Positions 28,945 to 39,886 of a stretch of DNA of 64,000 bases are shown one piece after another (positions within the stretch are counted from its first letter, which is position 1; every line of letters starts with the position of its first letter). Position numbers and translations under genes: made by a program. The stretch lies in NCBI GenBank assembly GCA_964556365.1, contig CAZKVT010000001.1, positions 71,158 to 135,157 on the forward strand, in the 5' to 3' direction. The stretch comes from an uncultured bacterium (GTDB lineage: Bacteria; Hydrothermota; UBA3072). The notes under the pieces were generated by a model, which saw nothing but the letters and a program-made list of their open reading frames with translations, ran no database searches and was not told the origin of the DNA.

Positions 28945-31001
28945 TCGAAAAACCTCCGCTTTATTTTTTTCGTCATACCGTTAAATGATATTAACAATTT
29001 ATCTCCGTCTATCGTATCCAACACTTCTCCTCTGCCGAATAAGGGATGATCTACCCATTTGCTGTTATCCTTCTTATTTTTTAGAATATATCGTTTCTTT
29101 TCTTTTATGCCAGTTGTCAAATTTATGGGTTTCTCGATAGCTTCCGGAGGCAGTTCTTTTATGAACGGTGAGGGTGGAACACGCCTTCCGTTTTTCCAGC
29201 CCGCTCCGTGTTGCAAAAAATAAGACAAAAACAATTTTTCCCTTGCTCTGGTAATCCCCACATAAAAAAGACGCCTCTCTTCTTCCTCGTTTCCTTCTTT
29301 AATGCTTCTAAAGTGAGGCAATAGTCCTTCTCCAAGCCCTACAATAAAGACCACTTTAAATTCAAGCCCTTTTGTGTTATGCAGAGTCATTAAATTAACT
29401 GAATCACTCCGATTCCAGCTATCGATGTCTGCTTTTAATCCTACTTCGATCAAATAATCTTCTGGGAGATATTCTTTAGTATTTTCAGTAAACTCATATA
29501 CCGCGGATAATAATTCCTGAATATTTTCGATTCTGCTTTCGGATTCTATTGTATCTTTCTCTTCTAAGATATCGATATAATGGGTCTTTTCTACAATTGC
29601 CACTATTAATTCATCGATACGTTTTATTTTATCTAGGTCTTTTATAAGTTTAATAAAATTTCCGATATTTGGTTCCTGTTCGGCCAGTTGACAAGAGGCT
29701 TCCCATAGAGATATATTTTCTTCTCTGGCTATTTTTTCTATCTTTTCTCTCGTTACTTTTCCGACACCCCTTCTCGGAGTATTTAAAATCCTGAAAAAAG
29801 AGATCGAGTCATTTTTATTGACTGTAAATTTCACATAGGATAAAATGTCCTTTATTTCTTTTCTCTGGTAAAATTTTACTCCTCCAATAACTACATACGG
29901 AATATTTTCTCGGAGGAGAGCATCCTCTATTGCTCTCGATTGCGCGTTCGTTCTGTAAGCAATAAGAATATCTTTTTTATCGTATTTTTTTAGTTCTTCT
30001 TTTAGAAAAATTACAAGTTTGGAAGCTTCTTCCCGCTCTGTAAGAGCCGAAAAGAGAACTATTTTTTCTCCTTCTTCCTGCTCTGTCCACAATGTTTTAC
30101 CTTTCCGAAAACGGTTATTCTTAACCACATTCGAAGCGACTTCGAGAATTCTTTTTGTAGATCTATAGTTTCTTTCGAGTTTGTAAACTTTCGAATTGGG
30201 AAAATCATCTTCAAAATCGAGAATATTATTTATATCCGCCCCCCGGAAACCATATATAGATTGATCGTCGTCTCCTACCACGAAAATATCTTTATATTTT
30301 TCAGATAATTTTTTTAGTATTTGATATTGCGAGGGATTCGTATCCTGATACTCGTCGACCAATTTATATCTAAACCTGTCGTTTAGTTGATCTCTGATTT
30401 TTTTATTGGTATCGAGAATTATATAAAAATTGCATAGAAGATCGTCAAAATCCATGGCATCATTTTTTTTCAACCTTCTTTGATATTCTTTATAAACATC
30501 TTTAAGTATTTCTGTTTTATAATCGTAGGGCTTGTACTCGTATTCATCTACAAGTTTATTTTTAAGATTTGATATTTTGCGTTGGGCGTAATAAAAATCG
30601 AGTTCTTTTTCTCCTATTTTGAAATCTTCTAAAATCTTCTTTATTAGATTCCTCTGATCCTGCGTGTCGTAGATGACAAAATTTTTCGAATATGGCGTAT
30701 AGTCGGTGAACTCGCGCAGAAGACGGGCACAGATAGAGTGAAAAGTCCCCATCCAGATTGCTTTCAATGAACTTCTTACCAATGTATATAAACGCTCTTT
30801 CATCTCATCGGCTGCTTTATTAGTAAAAGTAACCGCGAGTATATGATAAGGCTTTACATTTGCTTGCTCTAAGAGATAAGCTATTCTGTAAGTTATTACT
30901 CTTGTTTTGCCACTTCCGGCCCCTGCCAACACCAACGCGGGACCGGAAGTATGCGTAACTGCTTTTACTTGCTCTTCGTTAAGCTCTTCTTTAAAACTCA
31001 A
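28941..31001 (-). CDS. pcrA: UvrD/PcrA-type ATP-dependent DNA helicase
   Basis: LAGAGSGKTRVI, VDEYQDTN, FVVGDDDQSIYGFRGA, TLHNTKGLEF, VGITRA. Confidence 0.9.
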   Translation of the reverse strand: MSFKEELNEEQVKAVTHTSGPALVLAGAGSGKTRVITYRIAYLLEQANVKPYHILAVTFTNKAADEMKERLYTLVRSSLKAIWMGTFHSICARLLREFTDYTPYSKNFVIYDTQDQRNLIKKILEDFKIGEKELDFYYAQRKISNLKNKLVDEYEYKPYDYKTEILKDVYKEYQRRLKKNDAMDFDDLLCNFYIILDTNKKIRDQLNDRFRYKLVDEYQDTNPSQYQILKKLSEKYKDIFVVGDDDQSIYGFRGADINNILDFEDDFPNSKVYKLERNYRSTKRILEVASNVVKNNRFRKGKTLWTEQEEGEKIVLFSALTEREEASKLVIFLKEELKKYDKKDILIAYRTNAQSRAIEDALLRENIPYVVIGGVKFYQRKEIKDILSYVKFTVNKNDSISFFRILNTPRRGVGKVTREKIEKIAREENISLWEASCQLAEQEPNIGNFIKLIKDLDKIKRIDELIVAIVEKTHYIDILEEKDTIESESRIENIQELLSAVYEFTENTKEYLPEDYLIEVGLKADIDSWNRSDSVNLMTLHNTKGLEFKVVFIVGLGEGLLPHFRSIKEGNEEEERRLFYVGITRAREKLFLSYFLQHGAGWKNGRRVPPSPFIKELPPEAIEKPINLTTGIKEKKRYILKNKKDNSKWVDHPLFGRGEVLDTIDGDKLLISFNGMTKKIKRRFFE

Positions 31002-31041
31002 TTATAGAAAATCAAGCTGCCAAATCCACGTAGTCCTTTCG

Positions 31042-32802
31042 TTACTCCGTTGTCGAAAGAACTGTGAATTCAATTCTTCTATTCTGACTTCTACCATCTC
31101 TAGTTATATTGGGCGCCACAGGCTGGTACTCTCCATATCCTCTTGCGCTAAGACGTGAAGCAGAAATCCCTCTTTGTATAAGATAGTTTCTAACGGACTG
31201 AGCTCTTCTTTCGGATAAACCCTGATTGTAAGTTTCCGTACCTACCGCGTCTGTATGTCCGCCTATCTCGACCGTTACATTTTTATTGGCTTTTAAAACT
31301 TCTACGACTTGATCGAGGACAGGATATTCAGATGGAGGTATTATTGCTTTACCTGACGCGAAGTTGATACCTCTCAATATAATTTTCTCTTCTTTTTCTA
31401 ACTTTTTAACAAGTTTCACATTTTTAATTGTAGTTTCACCTTTGGTAATCTCTACCGGGAAAGTTTCCGGTAAATAACCTTCGGACGATACACGAATATT
31501 ATATGTTCCTGCTGCGATTTCGGTCTGGAATATACCTTTGACAGGATCTGAAGCAAGGGCATCGATTTCTGTGCCCAAAAATTCGATCTTCGACTGTAAA
31601 GGAATTTCTTCCCTGAAAGAACTTACCGTACCAGAAAAAACACCTTTTTCTGCTTTTTCTTCTTTCCTTAAGACGGTATTAATGTTGACAGTAGCAGAAG
31701 GTTTAACCGTGATAGCAGCTTCTCTCGGGAGATAGCCTTCCTTGGAAAGTTCCAAAGTATAGGTTCCCGGAAGTATTTCTATTGTAATTTTTCCGTCTTC
31801 AGCGGTCTGATAACTGAGAGTAGTATCTTTGAAATTTACATTGGCGACAAGAGGTTCATTTGTTGCTATATCATTCACAGTTAAAACTATCGTTCCTTTC
31901 TTAGGTTCTATTTTTCTTCTTTTTTCTACTATAGTACTTTGTAAAGTGAATCCGATTTTATATCTCCATTGACCAGCCGCATCAAAAACTGCGTCAGGTA
32001 CAAAATCGGTTAAATCGTTAAAAACGTGGTCGACAGCTATGTCGAATGAGAACATTTTTGGCGACACAAACCTGATGCCAAAAGTACCAATTAGAGTATC
32101 CTGCAAATCTTCTTTAGGTCTTATGTTTTTTGTTTCGAAAACAAATCGAGTAAATGGTCCGGCGGCTATTTCAAAACCGCCGCCTATACGTATCTGATCC
32201 ATTCTTTCGATATCGGGAAGAGAACCGATATCCTGGGCATCTCCTTTCATAACATAACCTAAATTCAAATGTATGAGCAGCGGATAAATTTCAAAATCGT
32301 TCAAGAGATCCATTGCTAAATCCGGGCTGTGTTTATAAGTCGGGTTGAAAAAGTGCGGCAAACCTACTATTGAACTATTATTTGCCGGTTCAAATGGGTT
32401 CAACGCGGTTCCCAGATGTCCCCCTATCAACCATTTGAAAGATTGATCCATTTCTTCCAGGGAACCTGTAAGGGGTATACAAAACTTTATACCGCCATAC
32501 ATATCATTCCATCCAAATTCACTGTTCGCGTCATCACCGAAAAATTCATCCTCGTATCCATATTTCCCGTATATTGTAGCTCCCAGATATATCTCCAGGG
32601 GATCTACTACACCATACGTAAAACCAAATTTCGGATTAGCAGCGATATGCTTATATGAACCGTCCTCTTGCATTGCTCCCCCTACACTCGCGTTAAAATT
32701 CAGAGTAGCAAATGGAAGGGTTCTTGCCGAGTAAAGATTAAAGGTTCCGCTTCCCGAGTTAAAAGATGAAAAACCAAACAACAAAAGTAATGTTACTGAC
32801 AT
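31042..32802 (-). CDS. OmpA-family outer-membrane protein with CarboxypepD_reg-like repeats
   Basis: Signal peptide, beta-barrel-like N-terminal part, two Ig-like repeats (GTYTLELSKEGYLP / GTYNIRVSSEGYLP), C-terminal OmpA motif GHTDAVGTETYNQGLSERRA. Confidence 0.85.
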   Translation of the reverse strand: MSVTLLLLFGFSSFNSGSGTFNLYSARTLPFATLNFNASVGGAMQEDGSYKHIAANPKFGFTYGVVDPLEIYLGATIYGKYGYEDEFFGDDANSEFGWNDMYGGIKFCIPLTGSLEEMDQSFKWLIGGHLGTALNPFEPANNSSIVGLPHFFNPTYKHSPDLAMDLLNDFEIYPLLIHLNLGYVMKGDAQDIGSLPDIERMDQIRIGGGFEIAAGPFTRFVFETKNIRPKEDLQDTLIGTFGIRFVSPKMFSFDIAVDHVFNDLTDFVPDAVFDAAGQWRYKIGFTLQSTIVEKRRKIEPKKGTIVLTVNDIATNEPLVANVNFKDTTLSYQTAEDGKITIEILPGTYTLELSKEGYLPREAAITVKPSATVNINTVLRKEEKAEKGVFSGTVSSFREEIPLQSKIEFLGTEIDALASDPVKGIFQTEIAAGTYNIRVSSEGYLPETFPVEITKGETTIKNVKLVKKLEKEEKIILRGINFASGKAIIPPSEYPVLDQVVEVLKANKNVTVEIGGHTDAVGTETYNQGLSERRAQSVRNYLIQRGISASRLSARGYGEYQPVAPNITRDGRSQNRRIEFTVLSTTE

Positions 32803-33282
32803 TTATTCCTCCTTTTCGTTCCACATTTTTTGTAAAAAATTTCTAAATTTTGGGTTTCGCAAGATTGCCCTATTTATATGATAATAGGATTCCAATGAGG
32901 TACTAGTCTGAGAAACTCTCTGACATAGTTCGGTGCATAAACCCATTGTAAATTCACTTAATAATTTAGGATTAGTTGCGGCTAATCTATCTATATCTTC
33001 TTGTGTTATTCTTAATAGTTTTAAATCTGTTATCGCTTTCACTGAAGCGCTTCGGGGATTCCCCGCAAAAAGACTCATTTCCCCGAAAAAATTCCCTTTT
33101 TCCAGAGTAGCAAGAACTATTTCTTTTTTTCCTCTTTTGAGAAGAACCTTTACTTTACCCTCGATTATGATAAACATAAAATCACCGGGGTCCCCTTCTT
33201 TCACTATAAGTTCGCCTTTGTCTTTTTCGATCAAGGATAATTCTTCAACAAAAGCTTCTTTATTATGAACATAGTCAAGCAA
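32803..33282 (-). CDS. Cyclic-nucleotide-binding domain protein
   Basis: cNMP motif GNFFGEMSLFAGNPRSASV. TTG start preceded by GGAGGG. Confidence 0.75.
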   Translation of the reverse strand: MLDYVHNKEAFVEELSLIEKDKGELIVKEGDPGDFMFIIIEGKVKVLLKRGKKEIVLATLEKGNFFGEMSLFAGNPRSASVKAITDLKLLRITQEDIDRLAATNPKLLSEFTMGLCTELCQRVSQTSTSLESYYHINRAILRNPKFRNFLQKMWNEKEE

Positions 33283-33336
33283 ATTTATATGCCCTCCTAA
33301 TATACAAAATTTTCACCATATGCTATTTTAATATTT

Positions 33337-33409
33337 TAGGTCGTGAAGGAATCGAACCTTCGACCCCCGCCTTAAAAGGGCGGTGCTCTGCCGATTGAGC
33401 TAACGACCC
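33337..33409 (-). tRNA. tRNA-Lys (anticodon UUU)
   Basis: Reverse complement GGGTCGTTAGCTCAATCGGCAGAGCACCGCCCTTTTAAGGCGGGGGTCGAAGGTTCGATTCCTTCACGACCTA. Anticodon stem CCGCC/GGCGG with loop CTTTTAA, T-arm GGTTCGATTCC. CCA is not encoded. Confidence 0.9.
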
Positions 33410-33459
33410 ATTCTATAATTTATAATTATATAGAAAAACGAAAATTTATCAACCCTTAA

Positions 33460-34083
33460 TTACTTTTTTATTTTTTTTCTTACAAGTGAAGAGATTTCTT
33501 CCTGCAGAGATTGCACTTCCTTCATAATTATCCTATATTGTTCTTCAATATTCTCGGAGTAGTCTTCGTCTTTTAAAAAACCCAGGTTGATAAGCACATT
33601 GTAAGATGCGCTTTTGCAGGCGGAGAGTGCCATTTCTCCGGCAATTCCGGCATCGCTAATAGCATTCAAATTTCCTATTTCCGCCATGGTAAGCGCTAGT
33701 TCTGCGGCACGCTGGCTTTTTTTCATTGTATTAAGAGGAACCTCGATTGCTTTTTTTGTCGCCTGCCCGATGGCCTCACTCCTTTTTTCCTTTTCTTCTT
33801 CTGTTTGTCTCGGAAGACCGAAAGTTGCCATCAATTTTGTAAAGACTTCCATATCTTCGTAGAAAAGGGAAAGAAAATCTTCCCTTAAGGTTTTTGTTTC
33901 TTCGACGATTTCTTTCGATTTTCCCCAATGTTCTTCGTAATTCTTTTTCCCGTAAGTCAGATTTCCTACCATAGAAGTAAGAGAACAGGAAAGTGCTCCG
34001 GTAAGGGCCGCTACAGCTCCCCCACCCGGTGTAGGTGAATCGGAAGAAAGCCTTTCCAAAAAATCAGAAATTGAAATGTTCAT
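33460..34083 (-). CDS. Formiminotetrahydrofolate cyclodeaminase-family protein
   Basis: SDSPTPGGGAVAALTGALSCSL, typical of the cyclodeaminase/cyclohydrolase family. Confidence 0.8.
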   Translation of the reverse strand: MNISISDFLERLSSDSPTPGGGAVAALTGALSCSLTSMVGNLTYGKKNYEEHWGKSKEIVEETKTLREDFLSLFYEDMEVFTKLMATFGLPRQTEEEKEKRSEAIGQATKKAIEVPLNTMKKSQRAAELALTMAEIGNLNAISDAGIAGEMALSACKSASYNVLINLGFLKDEDYSENIEEQYRIIMKEVQSLQEEISSLVRKKIKK

Positions 34084-35102
34084 AATATCTCCTTTTTTAT
34101 TTTGTATTCCAAAATTTTTTCTTCTGGGTTAAAATTAGTATTACGGGCTAATCCGAGGTAATCGATAGCCGCGTCGATTATTTTATTTTTAGAATCTGTT
34201 TCATCATATAAATTCTTAGCAAGATAAAATTTGCCGGTCTCGAGAATGGCTTCTTCCGGCATCAATCCCACCAATTCACTGCCGGTAACCTCTAAGCCTA
34301 ATTTATTTGCTTCTTTTTTTACCTCTTCAAAAAGGCAATAAAGAGGTGTTATTCTGAAATTGGTTAGATTTGTAGATACCTGAGCGTATCCCAATTCTTT
34401 AATATACCACCCAATCGCTTTTACTTTTTTTAAGGTTCCCGGTGTTTTAACTTTTTTGCCGGTTTCGTCAGTCTTTATTGTTCCCGATTCACGAATTTTT
34501 TCTGCTATTATATTTGCCGGAGTTTTATCTTTTGTGTTGAGATTTATATTAAAGGCAATAAGAAAATCACGCGCTCCTATTACGCTTGCTCCCGATTTCC
34601 CGTTGAATTTTGACTCTCCGAAATCCGGTTTCCATTCAGGATTTTCTATTTTTTTCTTAAGACCCTCATATTCTCCTTTACGTATATTGGATAAATCTCT
34701 TCTTTTTTCGTCTGTTGCCGATTCGCCGTACAGGTAAATCGGTATTCCTAATTCTTTGGCTATTTTTCGTCCTATATCCCTTGTAATATCTATACATTCT
34801 TCCATTGTTGTCTCCCAAACGGGTACAAAAGGACAGACATCAAGCGCTCCAATTCTCGGATGGACTCCTTCGTGTTCTCTCATATCTATCAGTTCCGAAG
34901 TTTTTTTGAATATTCTATAAACCGCTTCTTTAATGCTTTCCGGATTTCCGGCTAAAGTGAGCACCGTCCTGTTTGTCGAATTTCCCGTGTATACATCCAG
35001 CAAATAAGCTCCGGGAGTACTTTTTGCTTCTTCCGTTATTATATGGATTTTTTTTAAATCTTTCCCTTCGGAAATATTAGGAATACATTCAATAATCTTC
35101 AT
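34080..35102 (-). CDS. Glutamate formimidoyltransferase
   Basis: MKIIECIPNISEGKD...HPRIGALDVCPFVP. Start trimmed to the internal Met at 35102. 4-nt overlap with the cyclodeaminase gene. Confidence 0.85.
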   Translation of the reverse strand: MKIIECIPNISEGKDLKKIHIITEEAKSTPGAYLLDVYTGNSTNRTVLTLAGNPESIKEAVYRIFKKTSELIDMREHEGVHPRIGALDVCPFVPVWETTMEECIDITRDIGRKIAKELGIPIYLYGESATDEKRRDLSNIRKGEYEGLKKKIENPEWKPDFGESKFNGKSGASVIGARDFLIAFNINLNTKDKTPANIIAEKIRESGTIKTDETGKKVKTPGTLKKVKAIGWYIKELGYAQVSTNLTNFRITPLYCLFEEVKKEANKLGLEVTGSELVGLMPEEAILETGKFYLAKNLYDETDSKNKIIDAAIDYLGLARNTNFNPEEKILEYKIKKEIL

Positions 35103-35343
35103 TGTTTTAAGAATAAGAAATATGGAATTAAAGTCAAGAAGAAATTTTGAATAAAAATCTAACCACAGAGGACACAAAGATTTTTTTGTTTTTTTACACA
35201 GACCCTGGAATCCTCGAAACCTCGGTTCCTAAATTTCAATTAACAACAAATAGCTCAAATATCAAGAATACTTTTAATCCATAAATTTGATCTTACAATT
35301 CAAAGCTTGACATAAATACTTTATCTTTTAACTTTACGCAAAA

Positions 35344-36036
35344 ATGGTTAAATATTTAATTGTTTTTGACATAGATGGTACATTAATAAATCATGAGTTC
35401 GCTGTAAAAAAAGCACTTGGATCGATTCACAATAAAATTGCTGAAAATATTAGCCTAGAAACTTTCACTAATATATGGAACAAGAAGCAGCAAGAATATG
35501 TAAACCTTTATTTGGAAAACAAGTTAACATGGGAAGGACAAAGATTACTTAGAGTAAAAGAAAGCTTCAAAGAGGGAAATATAAAATTAAATGATAAAGA
35601 AGCAAAAGAAATATTTTTACTATATTTAAAGCAGTATGAAAACAATTGGAAATTATATGAAGATGTATTACCGGCTTTAGAAAGCATTAAGCATAATATT
35701 TTATGTATTGTATCGAATGGGAATTCTACTCAACAACGTTATAAAATAAAGAAGACTAAAATAAATAAATATTTTGACAGAATTATAATCTCCGGAGATA
35801 TTAATATTTCAAAACCGGACAATAGGATATTTGAAGAATGTATTAAGAATTATAAATTAGATAGAAACCTTATTTATCACGTTGGAAATAGTTATGAAAC
35901 GGATGTAATAGGGGCTCTAAATGCTAATATAGTACCGATTTTAATAAATAGAAGCGGTAAAAGTAATAATAACAATAACAAAAATGAGTTTCTTGAGATA
36001 AATAGTTTGTTAGAAATTGCAGATATAATAAGATAA
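35344..36036 (+). CDS. HAD-superfamily hydrolase
   Basis: Motif I VFDIDGTL, motif II VSNG, a K in the motif III position, GNSYETDV. Confidence 0.75.
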   Translation: MVKYLIVFDIDGTLINHEFAVKKALGSIHNKIAENISLETFTNIWNKKQQEYVNLYLENKLTWEGQRLLRVKESFKEGNIKLNDKEAKEIFLLYLKQYENNWKLYEDVLPALESIKHNILCIVSNGNSTQQRYKIKKTKINKYFDRIIISGDINISKPDNRIFEECIKNYKLDRNLIYHVGNSYETDVIGALNANIVPILINRSGKSNNNNNKNEFLEINSLLEIADIIR

Positions 36037-36087
36037 ATGGAATACGAAAGAAAAAACCTTAAACTTTAAAGAAAGGAGAGAACAAAA

Positions 36088-37236
36088 ATGAAAAAATCTA
36101 CTATTTCTGCGCAAAAAACAGTTGTTATTTTATTGCTGCTTTTCGTAAATATATTTAGCGTAAATGCCCAGGAAAACGGCGGACAGTTAACCGACACAAT
36201 AATTCCGGCCCCTTCGATAGAAGGGAATATTTTGCAAGCTCCAGCCGAACAACCGGTAGCAATCTATCTGCCTCCTTCATACAATGCTTCTGATAAGAAG
36301 TATCCCGTAGTATATTATCTGCCCGGATTCGGCACTCCTACGAGGTATTACACTCAATACGGGGCTTTTCAGGGATTTTTCCTGAAAAATGCAATGGATC
36401 AGCTCATTAATGAAAAAAAGATAAAGGATATGATTGTTGTAATACCAAACGCAGTCAATATTTTTGGAGGACATTTTTACGTTAATTCTCCTGTAACTGG
36501 TAATTGGGAAGATTTTATTGTAAAAGACCTCGTTAACTTTATTGACAAAACTTATCGAACACTGGTAAAACCCGAGGCGCGTGGTATTGCCGGCCATTCT
36601 ATGGGAGGATTCGGGGCTTTGAATCTGGCGATGCTTCATCCTGATGTTTTTGGAGTAACCTATGCGATTTCACCGGGATTGTTTGATAAAGAGGGAATTA
36701 ACAAGCATTTACCTTTGACTGGGGAAAGATACGTTAAAACATTTTTTGAGAAACAAGAGGAACTAAGCAAGATGGAAGAATGTAAGGCTTTAGCGAATTT
36801 ATTATATGATGGATTTCACGAATTTGAGATACTTGGAGATAGTTGGACGGCTTTTTGTTTTGCATATGGAGTTGCCTTTTCTCCTAACCCAAATACAAAT
36901 CCGCCCTTTATTAATTATTTGTATGATAAAAAAGGCGGAAAAATAGTAAAAAATGAAAAAAATTGGGAAGCATACGAATCCGGCTTTGGTAATTTGGAAG
37001 AAAAAGTTAAAAAATATGAAAAGAATTTGCTATCTTTGAAGGCAATTTATATAGATTATGGAACAAATGATGAATATATATGGATTCCTGAAGGCTGTGA
37101 ATATTTCTCTGGATTATTGGACAATAATAATATCGAACACAGATTATTAAAGCATGAAGCCGGGCATGGAGATAATTTAAGGGAACGGTTAGAAAAATTC
37201 ATGCTTCCCTCTTTTTCAGAACAATTACAATTTTAA
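36088..37236 (+). CDS. Secreted alpha/beta-hydrolase ('putative esterase' family)
   Basis: Signal peptide, YPVVYYLPG, nucleophile elbow GHSMGG. Confidence 0.7.
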   Translation: MKKSTISAQKTVVILLLLFVNIFSVNAQENGGQLTDTIIPAPSIEGNILQAPAEQPVAIYLPPSYNASDKKYPVVYYLPGFGTPTRYYTQYGAFQGFFLKNAMDQLINEKKIKDMIVVIPNAVNIFGGHFYVNSPVTGNWEDFIVKDLVNFIDKTYRTLVKPEARGIAGHSMGGFGALNLAMLHPDVFGVTYAISPGLFDKEGINKHLPLTGERYVKTFFEKQEELSKMEECKALANLLYDGFHEFEILGDSWTAFCFAYGVAFSPNPNTNPPFINYLYDKKGGKIVKNEKNWEAYESGFGNLEEKVKKYEKNLLSLKAIYIDYGTNDEYIWIPEGCEYFSGLLDNNNIEHRLLKHEAGHGDNLRERLEKFMLPSFSEQLQF

Positions 37237-37330
37237 AAGAAAGAGCTATTTCTCGAATAGTTACACCTCCATTTACCTGTAAAGTTATTTTTTAGAAATT
37301 TAGAGGTCATCTATTTGTGTTTTTTCCACC

Positions 37331-37358
37331 TTGACAAGGAAAGTTATCAAAATATAAT
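37331..37358 (+). promoter_or_regulatory. Sigma70-like promoter upstream of glyA
   Basis: TTGACA (37331-37336), 16 nt, TATAAT (37353-37358). Confidence 0.5.
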
Positions 37359-37416
37359 AAAGACGTAAACCATCTATTAATTGGTATAAAAACCATAAAA
37401 AAAGGAAAATTGAGAA

Positions 37417-38679
37417 ATGGATGAACTATACAAAACAGATCCTGAAATTTACGAAGCCATAATCGGAGAAGCTAACAGGGAACACGAAAGTCTTGAATTA
37501 ATCGCTTCCGAGAATTTTGTGTCTAAAGCGGTACTTGAAGCTATGGGTTCGGTAATGACAAATAAGTACGCGGAAGGCTATCCGGGCAAGAGATACTACG
37601 GAGGATGTAAGTGGATGGATGTTGTGGAAAATCTTGCTATAGAAAGAGCCAAAAAGTTATTTGGAGCTGAGCATGTAAATGTTCAGGCTAATTCGGGAGT
37701 ACCCGCCAATATGATTATATATTCGGCGCTGCTCGAACCTGGCGATTTATTTTTCGGGCTTTCCCTCTCCCATGGAGGACATCTTTCTCACGGATATAAG
37801 GTAAGCTTCACAGGTACTTTCTGGGAAACTTTTCAGTACACTGTAGACCCTGAAACAGAACAAATAAATTATGATGAACTTCTTAAACTCGCCAGAGAAA
37901 AAAAACCTAAGTTAATAATGACCGGAGCTTCCGCCTATCCGAGAACTCTGTACTGGGATAAATTTAAAGAAATTTGCGACGAAGTAGGAGCCTACCTGGT
38001 TGCCGATATCGCTCATATCGCGGGTCTTGTTGTCGCCGGAGAACACCCTTCTCCTATTCCCTACGCCGAGGCTGTATCGACAACTACACATAAAACACTC
38101 AGAGGTCCGAGAAGCGCGATTGTGCTTTGTAAAGAAAAATGGGCAAAAGCTATCGACAAAGCCGTTTTTCCAGGACTTCAAGGCGGACCGCATATGCATA
38201 CGATTGCCGCAAAGGCTGTCGCATTTAAGGAAGCGCTTTCTCCCGATTTCAAAAAGTACCAGCATCAAATAATCTTGAACGCGAAAGCTTTTGAGGAAGA
38301 ATTCAAAAGTTTGGGATGGAGGTTGGTCGCGGGAGGAACCGATACACATTTAATTCTTGTCGATGTTAAAAGTAAAGGTATTACGGGAAAGCAGGCAGAG
38401 GAAGCTCTCGACAGGGCAAAAATAACCGTAAATAAAAACACTATTCCGTTTGATAAGGAAAAACCTTTTATCGCAAGTGGGATAAGAATAGGAACCCCTG
38501 CTTTGACTACAAGGGGAATAAAAGAAGAAGAAATAAAGAAAATTGCAAAATTGATCGATAAGGTTCTTACTAATATGGATAACGATAAGGTTCTAGATGA
38601 AGTAAGAGGAGAAGTCAAGGATATAGCCGAAGAATTTCCTTTATATCCAGGAATCAGAAAAGAAAAAAAGGAGGAATGA
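37417..38679 (+). CDS. glyA: Serine hydroxymethyltransferase
   Basis: [35 protein letters not shown]. Confidence 0.95.
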   Translation: MDELYKTDPEIYEAIIGEANREHESLELIASENFVSKAVLEAMGSVMTNKYAEGYPGKRYYGGCKWMDVVENLAIERAKKLFGAEHVNVQANSGVPANMIIYSALLEPGDLFFGLSLSHGGHLSHGYKVSFTGTFWETFQYTVDPETEQINYDELLKLAREKKPKLIMTGASAYPRTLYWDKFKEICDEVGAYLVADIAHIAGLVVAGEHPSPIPYAEAVSTTTHKTLRGPRSAIVLCKEKWAKAIDKAVFPGLQGGPHMHTIAAKAVAFKEALSPDFKKYQHQIILNAKAFEEEFKSLGWRLVAGGTDTHLILVDVKSKGITGKQAEEALDRAKITVNKNTIPFDKEKPFIASGIRIGTPALTTRGIKEEEIKKIAKLIDKVLTNMDNDKVLDEVRGEVKDIAEEFPLYPGIRKEKKEE

Positions 38680-39746
38680 TGCACAGGAAATTATTTATTC
38701 CCGGACCTACCGAAGTAAGAGAAGATGTTCGACAAGCCATGAATTTTCCTATGTTTGGCCATAGGATGCCGGAAACATCTAAATTGATGGATGAAACCGT
38801 ATCCAAACTTCAAAAACTTCTTTTCACAAACAATTTTATAGTTATAGGAACTTGTTCGGGAACAGGTCTGATGGAAGCGGCAGTCAGAAATTGCGTGCAG
38901 AAGAAAGCTCTTCATGCTGTATGCGGAGCATTCGGAAAAAGGTGGGCATCAATATCCAAAAGCTGCAACAAAGAAATAGATGTTCTTGAATATGAATGGG
39001 GAAAAGGTATCTCTCCTTCCGATATAGAGAATAAACTAAAAACAGGCGAATTCGATACAGTATTTATAACACACAACGAAACTTCAACAGGTGTTATGAA
39101 TCCTCTCAAAGAGGTAGCGGAAGTGGTTAACAGGTACCCCGATGTGGTTTTATGCGTGGATGCTGTATCTTCTATGGCCGGAACAGAAATAAGAGTCGAT
39201 GACTGGGGTATAGATTATATCTGCGCTTCCGTACAAAAATGCTTTGCCCTGCCTCCGGGATTAGCTGTTGCCGTGGCAAACGAAAAAGTTATGCAGCGTT
39301 CTAATGATGCGGAAGACAAAGGGTATTATTTTGATTTCATGGAATACAAGAAATACTGGGATAAGGCAAAACAACCTTCTATAACAGGCGCGTTAAACCT
39401 GATAACGGCACTCAACTACCAGTTGGATAAAATAGTAAATAAAGAAGGCATAGAGAACCGTTTTAAAAGACATGCTGAGATGGCATCCATAGTTCAGAAT
39501 TGGGCAAGAGAAAATTTCGCTTTATTCGCGGACGAAAACAATCTTTCGCCCACCGTAACCTGTATCAATAACACAAAAGGTATTTCAATCAAAGAACTCA
39601 ACGAAGAATTGTCAAAAAGAGGAGCTTTTCTCTCCAATGGATACGGCAATCTAAAAGAGAAAACATTCAGAATCGCTCACATGGGAGATTTGACCGTAGA
39701 GGAAATCAAATGGCTTTTAGGAGAAATCGAAGATATAATAAAATAG
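38676..39746 (+). CDS. Class V PLP aminotransferase (serine-pyruvate / alanine-glyoxylate / phosphoserine aminotransferase-like)
   Basis: FIPGPTEV N-terminus. PLP lysine context [11 protein letters not shown]. 4-nt overlap with glyA. Confidence 0.75.
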   Translation: MMHRKLFIPGPTEVREDVRQAMNFPMFGHRMPETSKLMDETVSKLQKLLFTNNFIVIGTCSGTGLMEAAVRNCVQKKALHAVCGAFGKRWASISKSCNKEIDVLEYEWGKGISPSDIENKLKTGEFDTVFITHNETSTGVMNPLKEVAEVVNRYPDVVLCVDAVSSMAGTEIRVDDWGIDYICASVQKCFALPPGLAVAVANEKVMQRSNDAEDKGYYFDFMEYKKYWDKAKQPSITGALNLITALNYQLDKIVNKEGIENRFKRHAEMASIVQNWARENFALFADENNLSPTVTCINNTKGISIKELNEELSKRGAFLSNGYGNLKEKTFRIAHMGDLTVEEIKWLLGEIEDIIK

Positions 39747-39765
39747 GGTAGATTGCAAAAAGGGT

Positions 39766-39798
39766 AAAGGGTCGAGTTTAACTCGACCCTTTCTTTTT
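39766..39798 (+). terminator. Rho-independent terminator after the aminotransferase gene
   Basis: AAAGGGTCGAG / loop TTTAA / CTCGACCCTTT followed by CTTTTT. Confidence 0.7.
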
Positions 39799-39841
39799 AT
39801 AGTAAGCGGTAAATTTTTGGAATAAAAGTATAAATAGACTC

Positions 39842-39870
39842 TTGACATTCAATTCCAATGATTGTAACAT
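39842..39870 (+). promoter_or_regulatory. Sigma70-like promoter upstream of the MCP gene
   Basis: TTGACA (39842-39847), 17 nt, TAACAT (39865-39870) with TG at -15/-14. Confidence 0.4.
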
Positions 39871-39886
39871 AATGTTAGGAGGGTTG

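Noticed and set aside
25874-31001. The overlapping uvrA-gatB-gatA-gatC-pcrA gene string on the minus strand, as a possible unusual functional module.
   Set aside because: All five are standard housekeeping genes. Tight overlaps are common in compact genomes, and nothing suggests a novel system.
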